DNA of 64,000 nucleotides from IMG/VR virus record IMGVR_UViG_3300045995_000108, positions 1 through 64,000 of that record, one strand, 5' to 3'. Each line of letters opens with the position of its first letter. Within the stretch, counting starts at the first letter, position 1. The notes below the pieces were generated by a model. That model saw nothing but the letters and a program-made list of their open reading frames with translations. It was not told the origin of the DNA and did no database searches. The translations under genes were made by a program, and so were the position numbers. Positions 38,453-49,003 of the stretch are shown here, piece after piece. This stretch comes from a virus.

Positions 38453-41001
38453 TGTCATATATTACTTGGAACACTAAATCTGGTTTACTGGGTGCTATTG
38501 CGCAGTCGCAATACTACGAGTTCCCGTTAAGTGCAATTGATTCAAATTCAATGGCGTTACAATTTACGCACATTGCTGGTACTATGCCTATAGGTATGCG
38601 TATTGATAGTACCACTGGTATAGTTAAAGGTGTACCAGTCATTCAAGCTACTGGGCTATCCAAGACAGTGTCTAATATGTTCACTATACGAGCAAGCAAT
38701 GCTAACGGTGTAGTCGCAGATAGGTCATTTACTATAACTGTGAACAACTTTAGTTCTGTCAAAATCAGCATCAACAGTGGCGTGCTTGGCACGTATGATG
38801 ATGGTAAGTTATTATCATACCAATTTACAGCCACGTCAGACAATCCAGCACCACAGTTAACGTGGAGCATCGTTGACGGTGAGTTACCAATGGATATGGT
38901 TACTGGCAAACCCATCACTCTTGATTCAACTGGCCTATTGCATGGACACATTAGCAGACTAGTTGACTCAACTGGAGTTCCGATTGGTTACGATCAGACT
39001 AACGAGGATACATTCCCATATGACTTTCCTGCTGAAGGGCAAGATAGGTCTTATACGTTTACGTTAATGGTGTCTGATGGCGCAAATTTTGATACTGCAT
39101 CCATTAACATTAATGTTGTGGCTAAAGGTCACTTAACCGCTGATAACGCAATTACATTAATCAATAATACATTTCTGACAGTGGATACTGATAACAATTA
39201 TCCACCTGTTATTATCACAGATCCATCCACTATCCCTGTCTTAACAGTGGGCGACAATTTTACGTTTAAATTTGATGCAATTGATCCAGACGATGGTAAT
39301 CACGGCGCGACCAGATGGGGAACGTCTGCAAACATTAGTGCAGCAGGGATGACAATTAGTAACATTACTGGATGGATGAGTGGAACAGTGCCACAGCAAT
39401 CAGAAGCACAAAAAGAGTACACATTTGGTGTGTATGCATATCATGAGACTAACCCAACAGTCCTAAGTGTTATTGTACCAGTAACCATAACCACAGTTAA
39501 AGATAGCTCTAACTATATTACGTGGACCACACTAGCTAAATTGGGCACACTGGTTAACGGAACAATAAGCGAGTACAAGATAACAGCTATCAACAATGCA
39601 GGAAGAGATCTTACGTATTCATTACTGCCACGTTATGCAGTTACCATTAACGGTACCACAGTTAAAGTAGATGCTGCGGATGTATTTGCTGCGATTGCAA
39701 TGGTACGTGAAAAATTACAAATCAACCAGTCAGTTCCAGACAGCGCATTTACAATAACCCCCATTGCGGCTAATATGCCATCTAATTTGTCATTGATGCC
39801 CAATGGTGAAATTGTGGGCCGCTGCGGTTTTGAATACTTCTCAATTGACAATCACTCTGCCAATATCACCGTGGACAATACATCGGGCATTACAACTGGA
39901 ATGAATGTTACGGGACCAGGTGTTGCTGCTGGTTGTCACGTTATAGGTGTTTATGGGCCAAATACAGTCAAGATTCAGCCGTCAGTGTTCATCACTGAGG
40001 GTTCGGAAATCAATTTCATTAACCTAATCACTAACGTAAGCGTAACGAAAGCACTAACTAGCCTAAGTACAACTACTCTAATAGATGGTGGCAAAACGAC
40101 GTTTGATAACTCTTACAACTTCACCGTTAAAGCATCGTCAGTGGATGGTTCAGTGTCAGACACAAAAGTATTCACTATTGCTAAAGAAAATTACAATAGA
40201 GCGCCATATGTTGATGTTTGGTTACGTGCATTATTACTTAAAGAACAACGTGACTTGTATTACAGCATAGTCACTAACACTGACATATTCCCAACTGAAT
40301 TAATTTACCGTATAGATGATCCGTACTTTGGCGTAGCGGACACACTAAAAATGTTATTTGCTCCAGGACTAACTTCTAGCGAATTATCAGTATATGCGTC
40401 TGCCGCAGTGCTAAACCACTACAACAAAACCATCAAGTTTGGTAGCATCAAGACTGCTCGTGCACTAGACGACAAGTTTAACGTGCAATATGAAGTGGTG
40501 TATATTGATGTGGCTGACGACAAAGAATCTAAAGGAAAGTCAGCGGGATTGTCGCAAGAGCCCGGAGTAAATCCATTCTTGTACAATCGCTATCCTGACG
40601 ATAATAATCCTTATGCTTACGTTGCTGACGAGTTTACAACGTTGTACCCAAACAGTTATACTAACATGCGTTACCGCTTGAGCAGTGGCGTTGGGTACGC
40701 TAACCGCGGAGCCCTTCCACGCTGGATGACATCACGCCAAGAAGATGGTAAAGAACTTGGGTTGGTTCGTGCGATTGTCTTGGCTTATACTGTGCCAGGT
40801 GCGAGTAAGCTAATTGCATACAGACTTAAAGACAGTGGAATTGTGTTTAGTGACATACATTTTGTGACTGATAGATATTATGTTGGTACCAGTGCATCAT
40901 CTAATTACAATCCAGTAACAAACGACTTCTTTGTTCCTACTGAGGACACTGATCTAACAGATAAATACATACATTACAAACAATACGGAGTTTACCGATA
41001 A
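38452..41001 (+). CDS. Baseplate/virion structural protein with Ig-like repeats
   Basis: Repeated ITW.T..G.LG, G..P.G..I/L...G...G and Y.FT..A units; structural gene neighbourhood. Confidence 0.7.
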   Translation: MSYITWNTKSGLLGAIAQSQYYEFPLSAIDSNSMALQFTHIAGTMPIGMRIDSTTGIVKGVPVIQATGLSKTVSNMFTIRASNANGVVADRSFTITVNNFSSVKISINSGVLGTYDDGKLLSYQFTATSDNPAPQLTWSIVDGELPMDMVTGKPITLDSTGLLHGHISRLVDSTGVPIGYDQTNEDTFPYDFPAEGQDRSYTFTLMVSDGANFDTASININVVAKGHLTADNAITLINNTFLTVDTDNNYPPVIITDPSTIPVLTVGDNFTFKFDAIDPDDGNHGATRWGTSANISAAGMTISNITGWMSGTVPQQSEAQKEYTFGVYAYHETNPTVLSVIVPVTITTVKDSSNYITWTTLAKLGTLVNGTISEYKITAINNAGRDLTYSLLPRYAVTINGTTVKVDAADVFAAIAMVREKLQINQSVPDSAFTITPIAANMPSNLSLMPNGEIVGRCGFEYFSIDNHSANITVDNTSGITTGMNVTGPGVAAGCHVIGVYGPNTVKIQPSVFITEGSEINFINLITNVSVTKALTSLSTTTLIDGGKTTFDNSYNFTVKASSVDGSVSDTKVFTIAKENYNRAPYVDVWLRALLLKEQRDLYYSIVTNTDIFPTELIYRIDDPYFGVADTLKMLFAPGLTSSELSVYASAAVLNHYNKTIKFGSIKTARALDDKFNVQYEVVYIDVADDKESKGKSAGLSQEPGVNPFLYNRYPDDNNPYAYVADEFTTLYPNSYTNMRYRLSSGVGYANRGALPRWMTSRQEDGKELGLVRAIVLAYTVPGASKLIAYRLKDSGIVFSDIHFVTDRYYVGTSASSNYNPVTNDFFVPTEDTDLTDKYIHYKQYGVYR

Positions 41002-41477
41002 TGACAAGCTTAATTAACCCATCTAACATTGACATCACGTATCCAATTGCAGGCCAAGACAATGATAGCCAAGGGTTTCGTGACAATTTTAAAAACATCC
41101 AGACAGGGTTAGAAACTGCCCGCTCGGAAATCACTATATTACAATCTGACCTTACTTCGGCAATTGCTGATATTGCGGTAAAAGGATTGGAGACCTTGCA
41201 ATACGAAATTCCAGCAACGGGCGCAACGATAACAGTATCTGGCATCACTTCTGTTTTAGTCGTTAAACCTGCCAGCACTATCGCTTCAGCAACCATCGTA
41301 TTCCCAACAACTCCCACAAACGGGAAAACATTAAATATTTCGTTTGGTGCCGACATCACTGCATTGACATTGAGCAGTACTGACACCATCAGTGGTACAG
41401 TCACATCAGCCATAACCAATTCTTATGCTAAATGGGTATATAGCACAATTGGAACAACTTGGTTTAGAATAGGTTAA
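41001..41477 (+). CDS. Virion structural protein
   Basis: YPIAGQDNDSQGFRDNF; late ATAAATA box upstream. Confidence 0.65.
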   Translation: MTSLINPSNIDITYPIAGQDNDSQGFRDNFKNIQTGLETARSEITILQSDLTSAIADIAVKGLETLQYEIPATGATITVSGITSVLVVKPASTIASATIVFPTTPTNGKTLNISFGADITALTLSSTDTISGTVTSAITNSYAKWVYSTIGTTWFRIG

Positions 41478-41537
41478 TCAAACTCATTGACTCCTGTGTC
41501 CTGATTAGCTTACAATAGCTAACACATAGGAGTTTTC

Positions 41538-41933
41538 ATGGATAACAAACAATATTTGGAATTGAGCGACCGTACTTGCAAGCATGTCGAAACATTGACA
41601 ATGGATGCAAAGAAATATGATTTGATGCACGCCACTTTGGGCATTGCAGGCGAGTCTGGCGAGATCGTTGACGCAGTTAAGAAGAGCGTCATTTATGGCA
41701 AGGAACTTGACGTTGCCAATATGCGCGAAGAAATTGGCGACATTATGTGGTATATTGCACTCGCTTGCCGCACGTTGGATTTTGATCTGAACGAGATTTT
41801 GGACGAGAACATTGCAAAGCTGCAAAAGCGTTACCCAGACAAGTACAGTGACTTCCACGCTGGCGCACGTTTGGACAAAGTAGAAGATGCCATTGTGGCA
41901 GCAGTAGCACAGTCTACGTGGATCGAGCCCTAA
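41538..41933 (+). CDS. MazG-like NTP pyrophosphohydrolase
   Basis: LGIAGESGEIVDAVKK, EEIGDIMWY, NIAKLQKRYP. Confidence 0.92.
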   Translation: MDNKQYLELSDRTCKHVETLTMDAKKYDLMHATLGIAGESGEIVDAVKKSVIYGKELDVANMREEIGDIMWYIALACRTLDFDLNEILDENIAKLQKRYPDKYSDFHAGARLDKVEDAIVAAVAQSTWIEP

Positions 41934-42051
41934 TGCAACTATTAGATCGCGATAAGTTGCTTGAGATTTACGCAATTTTAGTCTCTGGTCGCACTCACGA
42001 AGCGAGATTATTGTTAGCTAAATACTTGAAAATCGAAGAACATTTGACGAA

Positions 42052-42609
42052 ATGATTAAACTTGCGGCACTCTTAATTACAGTATTTTTAGTAGGATGTA
42101 GTTCTGTGCCGCACGTTGAGTCAGTGGCTGAAGCACCAATAATCGAATACAAAGGTGGTGGGGATGGTTCAGTACCACCGCCACCAATGCCTGCGCCAGT
42201 AGCCGAGAATTGCTGTCACACCAGTAGTCAGTTGTTGTCACAAGCATTTGGTCAAACACCAGAGCCAGTGTACACCGAGGGTGAGGGAATGAGTGCCCCA
42301 ACTGCAAGCAAGCCAAAAGCTCAGCACAAGGCAGCAAAGATTGCCACCGCAGTAGTTGGGACCATAATGTCAGCAGCACAAGCAGCGACTGATTCGGTAG
42401 AAACAAAGATAGAGCGTGACGCAACTGGCAGTATTGTTAAACAAGAAGAAGTGATCAAGCACGATTCGATATTAGGAACACTAACCAAAGTTGTTGGCCT
42501 GATAACAGGTATGTTCGGACTATATGTCGGAGCAAAGAACTTCAAAGAGAAATATTATGCATCCACTAGCACCAAGCCTAAAAGACGTACCGGACCAAGA
42601 GTTATATAA
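42052..42609 (+). CDS. Lipoprotein with C-terminal TM helix
   Basis: Lipobox LVGC; Pro-rich linker; hydrophobic C-terminal helix. Confidence 0.65.
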   Translation: MIKLAALLITVFLVGCSSVPHVESVAEAPIIEYKGGGDGSVPPPPMPAPVAENCCHTSSQLLSQAFGQTPEPVYTEGEGMSAPTASKPKAQHKAAKIATAVVGTIMSAAQAATDSVETKIERDATGSIVKQEEVIKHDSILGTLTKVVGLITGMFGLYVGAKNFKEKYYASTSTKPKRRTGPRVI

Positions 42610-42817
42610 AAAGTATAACGACTTGCTCGCAAGGTTGAACCAAGCATGGCGTTACGGTCCTCATGGTCTTGTCCCACAAATTCAAATGATGATGGAACAC
42701 TACAAGACCGAAATCTCAGAGCGTATGATCAAACAACAGCAAGACATGGCTGAACGTGCAGCCAAAGGTAAAACTAAAGATGGCAAGGGTTATACTGGAG
42801 TCATTGACATTGTCTAG
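42557..42817 (+). CDS. Hypothetical phage protein
   Basis: MHPLAPSLKD... helical ORF. Confidence 0.65.
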   Translation: MHPLAPSLKDVPDQELYKKYNDLLARLNQAWRYGPHGLVPQIQMMMEHYKTEISERMIKQQQDMAERAAKGKTKDGKGYTGVIDIV

Positions 42818-43097
42818 CATTCCGTTTAACATTGTTAGGGAAGCGGTGGGCAAAACGCACAGGCTACAAGCAAAATGGACAATACAACAGATGCCTGAAG
42901 AACCAACTTGGTACGAGGAATACGAACTCACCGACGAGGAAAAAGAAGGATTGGGTCCCGTAGAGCAGGAGGTGTGGAAAGCTCTTAAAACATCAAAGAT
43001 GCTCGACTTAGAGTCCGAGATTATGGATATGCTGTCTGCAGAAATATGTAAAGAGATGGATGCGCAAATTCTTAAGGAAATGTTACGTGGAACATAA
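42810..43097 (+). CDS. Small protein resembling a fragment of T4-type major capsid protein
   Basis: FNIVREAVGKTHRLQAKWT...LDLESEIMDMLSAEICKEMDAQIL; TTG start with GGAG upstream. Confidence 0.7.
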   Translation: MSSIPFNIVREAVGKTHRLQAKWTIQQMPEEPTWYEEYELTDEEKEGLGPVEQEVWKALKTSKMLDLESEIMDMLSAEICKEMDAQILKEMLRGT

Positions 43098-43242
43098 GCT
43101 AAATGAAGATGAGCAAAAGGTGTGGGAGATTTTGTCTACTCCATATGTCCCGCCGTATGACATGAATGATCCTGCTTACATTCAAAAGTTGATTGACGAA
43201 GTTAAAGCATCATTTCTAGCAAAGCAAAATGAGATACGATAA
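43087..43242 (+). CDS. Hypothetical protein
   Basis: GTG start with AAGGA RBS; EQKVWEIL motif. Confidence 0.55.
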   Translation: MEHKLNEDEQKVWEILSTPYVPPYDMNDPAYIQKLIDEVKASFLAKQNEIR

Positions 43243-43747
43243 ATTCGGACAAGGTTACGCCACACAAGACGAGCTCTGTGATTTATTGTACAGAGATCCA
43301 GCACTAAAGCTGGAACAGTTTAAGGTAGAGGATTGGGACGAGTATAACTATCATGTCAAATCGACATACGCCCCCTTCCCCCTAGTACAAGAGTACCACC
43401 CACTGCCACCAGATTACGACATTGCTTCTTACGATAGAGCACAGCAAGAGAACTGGTATATGCCAGACGAATATAAAACATTGGATATAGCGGCATACGT
43501 TTTAGGACTATGCAAGACAGAAGAAGAGTTACAGAGAGTGGGACAAGAGCTACTGTTATTTTATGACCGTAACCTTGAGAACCTGCTAAGATATATGAAG
43601 TACATGGTAGATACCATGCGTAAGAACAATGTCGTGATGGGGTTAGGTCGTGGGTCAAGTACAGCAAGCTATGTGCTCTACTTGTTAGGGGTGCACAAAA
43701 TCAATTCGATCTACTTCGACCTGCCAATTGAGGAATTTTTGAAGTGA
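43229..43747 (+). CDS. DNA polymerase III alpha-subunit fragment (split DnaE)
   Basis: RVGQELLLF, YMVDTMRKNNVVMGLGRGSSTASYVLYLLGVHKIN matches the family-C GRGS motif; only 172 aa. Confidence 0.85.
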   Translation: MRYDKFGQGYATQDELCDLLYRDPALKLEQFKVEDWDEYNYHVKSTYAPFPLVQEYHPLPPDYDIASYDRAQQENWYMPDEYKTLDIAAYVLGLCKTEEELQRVGQELLLFYDRNLENLLRYMKYMVDTMRKNNVVMGLGRGSSTASYVLYLLGVHKINSIYFDLPIEEFLK

Positions 43748-44040
43748 CAGATGTTATATACATTGATGCTGGGTATTACGACTACGATTTTAAACTGGAC
43801 AAGCACTGTGCTGATGTAATCCGTATTAAAGAAGGGATTGACGGAAAAGTAACGTTTATTTGCAATTCCGCAGCAAAGTTCAGTGTTGGTGATGTATATC
43901 AAATAGCTTTTAATCACCCACAAGATGAAGGCGATATGTTATTCTTTAAACTAAAGTACCCACATTTGCAAATCATCGACCGTGAAAAAGCGGTAGCATA
44001 TATTTCTAAGTCGACACATTTACAGTTAAATACACTATAG
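43744..44040 (+). CDS. Dispersed FxL[KR]W-family member
   Basis: IAFNHPQDEGDMLFFKLKY. Confidence 0.55.
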   Translation: MTDVIYIDAGYYDYDFKLDKHCADVIRIKEGIDGKVTFICNSAAKFSVGDVYQIAFNHPQDEGDMLFFKLKYPHLQIIDREKAVAYISKSTHLQLNTL

Positions 44041-44049
44041 GAGATACAG

Positions 44050-44532
44050 ATGGCTCAAGCAACACACAGATCAGCAAACGGTAAAATGATAGCAATGGAA
44101 ACATTGCGTCTAGAGAATGAAAAAACAATTGCAGTGGGTAACATGAAAGTTAACGCTCGCGGTGATACATTAGGTCCGGGTGGTCGCCCAATGGCAACAA
44201 AGCAAGAAACGGTAAACGAGTATTACAACTTACATACGCCCACCATTGGTGGCAATCAGGTTGTACCTGCGCAAGCAGTATTACGCGAGCAGCAATTTGA
44301 TGCACCATCTGCAGACCCATTGATTGAAGAACAAGACGCATTTGACGTAGAAGCTACACCAGCGCCAGCCCCACAAAAGCCAAATCCACACAATGTATCT
44401 GCACCAGCTGGTCAAAAGCCAGTTCGCGGTTCGTTAGCTGCAAGCGTGGCACAGAAGCCAATTGACATCAAGCAAGAGTTAATGAAGTCAGCTAAACAGC
44501 AACATAAAGCAAAAGGTCCAGCACGGTTCTAA
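44050..44532 (+). CDS. Hypothetical late phage protein
   Basis: AVGNMKVNARGD; TAAATA box and AGGAG RBS. Confidence 0.75.
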   Translation: MAQATHRSANGKMIAMETLRLENEKTIAVGNMKVNARGDTLGPGGRPMATKQETVNEYYNLHTPTIGGNQVVPAQAVLREQQFDAPSADPLIEEQDAFDVEATPAPAPQKPNPHNVSAPAGQKPVRGSLAASVAQKPIDIKQELMKSAKQQHKAKGPARF

Positions 44533-44714
44533 TATGAAAGTTATCACATCATTATTCGAAAAAGACGACCGTCTTTACGGTAAGTCTGAGTTTGACGGTA
44601 CCGGTTTTAATATATACAATTTGCTGAACCGCCCACTCACCGAATGGGATTTCAGTCAAGTCGTAGCCGGCAAGGAATTGCTAGACAAATATCTACCTCA
44701 GAAAAAAGAATCAA

Positions 44715-45125
44715 ATGCGTAAAGAAGAACAGTTATTTCAAACAAGTGGCAAACTGCAAGCCACTAACTCAATCAAAGGCCTCAAGCCAATTAAAGACCA
44801 TGTAATAGTAACTGACATGGACTTTGGTAATCGCAAATTGTCCTCGGGCATTGTGCTACTTAACGACGATGGGAAGTCTGAAGGCATCCGTCCACGTTGG
44901 GCAAAAGTATACAAAGTAGGACCAGAGCAGCGCGATGTTAAAGAAGGTCAATGGATCTTTATTGAGCACGGTCGTTGGACACGTGGTCTAAAGGTGGAAA
45001 TCGACGGGTCGGAATTTACAGTGCGCAGAGTGGACGCTGCCGCTATTATTGGAGTTCAAGATGAAGAGCCTACAGAAGATGACACCATCAGCACAGCAGT
45101 TGTTGGCGACAGCAAGAAACGATAA
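44715..45125 (+). CDS. groES: GroES-like co-chaperonin
   Basis: LKPIKDHVIV, SSGIVL mobile loop, VGP, VKEGQ. Confidence 0.82.
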   Translation: MRKEEQLFQTSGKLQATNSIKGLKPIKDHVIVTDMDFGNRKLSSGIVLLNDDGKSEGIRPRWAKVYKVGPEQRDVKEGQWIFIEHGRWTRGLKVEIDGSEFTVRRVDAAAIIGVQDEEPTEDDTISTAVVGDSKKR

Positions 45126-45727
45126 AAGCATAACCTTCAAAGGCATCACTTTGTTTTGCGGTGTAGAACCAAAAGAAGCAGTAGGTAAGAGCAGGGAGGT
45201 TAAAGGCAGTGAGCGTGATGAGATATTAACCTATCTCACTCTCAAAGAGGAACAATCCGTTCCCTATCAAACAAACATAATGGAGATACATCGCGTTGGC
45301 GATAAGATCTATTCCATTTCGTATTACAACGATTCTGAACCATTTGTAGAAGAACTACAGCCATTTAAAAAATGAACATTCAACCAAAAGACACATCAAA
45401 GAATCACTTCCGTGTTTCTATGGCCAAAAGCTTGCTCCGCGTTTTTGCTGGTGCTGCACTTATGTCCCAAATGTTTTACACCACAGGACTTTTAATCATT
45501 CTAGCAGAGGTGCTAGGTATTGTAGAGGAACTAGTATGAGTGGAAAAGGTTCGGCACCGCGTCCGTTTAGCGTATCACAGCACGAGTATGACACACGCTG
45601 GGATGCAATCTTCGGCAAAGACAAACACCATTGTGAGCATTGTGGCAAGACTGATTGCCCACATGCTATTGATCCTGCCAAGGAATGCTGCTATAATGTA
45701 GATACACATTCGCAACAAGGCAGCTAA

Positions 45728-46654
45728 ATGAAACAATTATGGGTAGAAACGTATAGACCGAATACGGTAGACGGGTACGTCTTTCAAGACGACAACCAAA
45801 AGCAGCAAGTAATGTATTGGATCAAAGAAGGTTCAATTCCACATTTGCTATTGTCTGGCAGTGCTGGTACAGGTAAGACCACTTTGGCCAAGATGCTTAT
45901 CAATGAATTGAAAATTGATGAGTATGACATTATGATTGCTAACGGCTCTAAAGAAGCACGTAAGGTCGAATGGGTAGACAAGCTTATTAACTTCTGCCAA
46001 ACTATGCCTTTTGGTAAGTTTAAGGTTGTGCTGATTGACGAAGCAGACTACATGAACATTAACTCAGTGCAACCTGCACTCCGTAATTTGATGGAAGACT
46101 ATTCTGCTAACGTTCGATTCATCCTCACTTGCAACTACCCAAACAAGATCATGCCTGCTATCCACAGCAGGTGCCAAGGCTTCCACATTGACAAGACTGA
46201 CCTCACAGAGTTTACTGCTCGTGTTGCAACAGTGTTGGCAACAGAAGGAATGGACTTTGATCTGGATACATTGGATAGCTATGTTAAGGCTACATACCCA
46301 GACTTGCGTAAGTGCTTGAACTTGCTACAAGCCAACAGCACAACTGGTACGCTGGTTGCTCCTTCTTCCAGCGATGCAAGCATGAAGGACTGGAAGCTTG
46401 AGGCAGTTGACATGTTTAAACGTGGTAAAATCCGCGAAGGTCGTCAGATCATCTGTACACAAGGAAGTGTGGATGACATTGATGGTGTGTTCCGTTGGAT
46501 GTACGACAATCTTGAACTGTGGTCTAAGACTGAAGCAGGGCAGGACGAAGCTATCCTTGCAATTCGCAAAGGGCTAGTAAATCACTCTATGATTGCTGAT
46601 CCAGAAATCAACTTATCCGCTACGTTAGTAGAACTAACTCAAATTGAGGTATGA
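45728..46654 (+). CDS. Sliding-clamp loader AAA+ subunit (gp44/RFC small)
   Basis: LWVETYRP, GSAGTGKTT, IDEAD, FILTCN, SRC motif. Confidence 0.95.
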   Translation: MKQLWVETYRPNTVDGYVFQDDNQKQQVMYWIKEGSIPHLLLSGSAGTGKTTLAKMLINELKIDEYDIMIANGSKEARKVEWVDKLINFCQTMPFGKFKVVLIDEADYMNINSVQPALRNLMEDYSANVRFILTCNYPNKIMPAIHSRCQGFHIDKTDLTEFTARVATVLATEGMDFDLDTLDSYVKATYPDLRKCLNLLQANSTTGTLVAPSSSDASMKDWKLEAVDMFKRGKIREGRQIICTQGSVDDIDGVFRWMYDNLELWSKTEAGQDEAILAIRKGLVNHSMIADPEINLSATLVELTQIEV

Positions 46655-47349
46655 AAATAGGAGTGTTCGGGGATAGCTATTGTCAAGCAGTTGACTATAA
46701 CTCTGCTGGATACAGTAGCTGGTTCGAACTTCTCGGTACATATGGTCACAATGTGACAAGTTATGGAGTTGGTGGTGCAAGCGTAACGTATGCTGCTCAA
46801 CAGATCTTGAAGCACGGCGACGAATATGATTTTATAATATGGTGTGTCACATCTCCTAGTAGGATATCAGTACCAGTAGATGAGGGTCCGCAATTACTAC
46901 CATTCACTGCACCGGACTCCTTTGATAATTGGGAATTTCCGTTTAAAAAATTTGATACTTTACAAAAGATTGCCGCAGTGCGTTCTTGGTATATGTGGCT
47001 ATTTGATATGGATACTGCGATACTTACGGACACCGCGTTAACGCATTATGTGAGTAGCAAGTTCGCAAACGTAATGATTTTACCTTGCTTCTCTGATCCG
47101 TTGGGAGAAAAATTTAATTTGTATTCAGTGTGTGAAATCGAAATGTTGCACTATTTCAACAACAAGAATATCAAAAGCATTTATGAGAAATTTAACGACA
47201 TTCGGCGCTGTCACTTCTCAGTAGAGAATAACAAAATTTTAGCCGAGTTAATTGCTAATAATTTACGTCCAGGAATATTTGACACAAGTTATGATAATTT
47301 CTGCCATACTCCGCAAGCACCATTAGAAACATATTTTAGGAAAAAATAA
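46651..47349 (+). CDS. SGNH/GDSL-like hypothetical protein
   Basis: N-terminal VFGDS and C-terminal CHFS; AT-rich. Confidence 0.55.
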   Translation: MKIGVFGDSYCQAVDYNSAGYSSWFELLGTYGHNVTSYGVGGASVTYAAQQILKHGDEYDFIIWCVTSPSRISVPVDEGPQLLPFTAPDSFDNWEFPFKKFDTLQKIAAVRSWYMWLFDMDTAILTDTALTHYVSSKFANVMILPCFSDPLGEKFNLYSVCEIEMLHYFNNKNIKSIYEKFNDIRRCHFSVENNKILAELIANNLRPGIFDTSYDNFCHTPQAPLETYFRKK

Positions 47350-48042
47350 TGAAACAAAAAGACATTTACCTCGTTGGCTTTTACAGCATGAAGCCACGAC
47401 CAGGCGTGCGTACAACTGTTAAAGGTTGGATGAACGATCAAGCTAACCTACAGTACGACGAGAAGGTAGAGATTACTCGCGGCGTTAAAAACTCTGCAAT
47501 GACTGCGAAGATTGTTCTTAACTTGTCCAAGAAGACAGTTGAGCGCAATGGCTTCAATGCTGACCGTGAGTTCAAGTCGCTATTCAAATACTTCTTTGGC
47601 GGCTACCATCAGTACATTACTGAGGTAATGAAACAACTTGACCCAGCTTATCTTACAACTGTGTTGGATGAATTGCAAGCTGAGATGGAAGCTGCACAAG
47701 CTGCACAAGCTGCGACGATCAAAGAGATCTATGCAACAGCAGTGGCTGATCCTGCACCGCTTCCGCAGGACCCAACGCCTGCGCTAATGGGATACTAAAT
47801 ACAGTATGAATCCCGCAATGCTCAAGTTAATGAAGGCTAAAAAGAAGCGTCCTGTTGACCCAAACGCTCCGCCTCGCCCTAATTTGATGTCTCACGACAA
47901 AGTCATTCGCGGGCAAAAAGCGACAATTGATCAACTGCAATACGAGATCATGGCGCTGAAGCAGCAAATGGAGGCAGTGGCTACTAAACTGCATTACCAA
48001 ACGCAATACCTACAACAATTGCATTCACAAATCAAACGTTAA
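47349..48042 (+). other. Two hypothetical ORFs (47349-47798, 47806-48042)
   Basis: Contiguous ORFs; second is a coiled coil with a CTAAATA box upstream. Confidence 0.7.
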
Positions 48043-48401
48043 TCGCAATGCGATCCAGTAGGGTCAAATTCATCAAGTAAATTTTCACACACGTAGACAG
48101 CCATTCGCTTCTGACGTGTGTTTTTACGAGTCCTTTTCCAACGTGATAGTCTGCGTGTCACAAGCCATTCTTTTGGTAACTCTACAAAGAAAAATGGCGC
48201 TATAAAAAGGTTAGCAAGTACGTCTACTATAAAGCCCACCACAAGCCACGGAAACGCCAAAACGAACCTCACTCCTACGAGTTTCTTCTTCAAATGGACG
48301 CGATAAAGGCCCATAACGAGCACGAAAAGCCCCCAAAACACCCAAAGGTAAATCATCAGCCCAAGGACAGTGTATAGCAGTGCAAAAAGTGCGGTGATCA
48401 T
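48039..48401 (-). CDS. Membrane protein
   Basis: Hydrophobic helices; ends LDEFDPTGSHC; ATAAATA upstream on the - strand. Confidence 0.7.
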   Translation of the reverse strand: MITALFALLYTVLGLMIYLWVFWGLFVLVMGLYRVHLKKKLVGVRFVLAFPWLVVGFIVDVLANLFIAPFFFVELPKEWLVTRRLSRWKRTRKNTRQKRMAVYVCENLLDEFDPTGSHCD

Positions 48402-48451
48402 TATATGTGTATTTATTTGACTAATAATGTGCTTTAATATACAATACGTGT

Positions 48452-49003
48452 ATGAAAACTTTTATTACATCTGACCTGCACTTTGGGCACAAGAACATCA
48501 TGTCGTTCTGCCCTAAGTCCCGTGCACGATTCCGAAACGACGTTGACTACATGAATGAAGCAATGGTGCGCGAATGGAACGAACTGATCTCCCCTGGGGA
48601 CCTGGTTTACATTCTGGGCGACGTTGCATTTTGCAATGCTGCTCAAGCAACTGCTTACATGCGGCGCTGTAATGGTCGCAAGATCCTGATTGAGGGTAAC
48701 CACGATAAGAAGCTGGTGCAGGACAAGGCCTTCTCCGCAGAATTTGAATCTATCCACAAGTATCTGGACATCAACTACGACGGAAACAAGATCGTCATGT
48801 TCCACTATCCAATTTTTGAATGGGACCAAGCACACCGCGGCGCTATCCACTTCTACGGACACAAGCACGGTGGTGAATGTCCTGAGATGACAAAGTACCG
48901 CGCACGTGACATGGGAATGGATGCTACTGGCGTTATTGCTATGACAATGGAAGACGCAATCAAAGACGCACTGAAAGGTGCAATTAAAGGACATCATGTT
49001 TAA
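48452..49003 (+). CDS. Calcineurin-like metallophosphoesterase
   Basis: TSDLHFGH, LGD, GNHD, HYP, GHKH. Confidence 0.92.
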   Translation: MKTFITSDLHFGHKNIMSFCPKSRARFRNDVDYMNEAMVREWNELISPGDLVYILGDVAFCNAAQATAYMRRCNGRKILIEGNHDKKLVQDKAFSAEFESIHKYLDINYDGNKIVMFHYPIFEWDQAHRGAIHFYGHKHGGECPEMTKYRARDMGMDATGVIAMTMEDAIKDALKGAIKGHHV

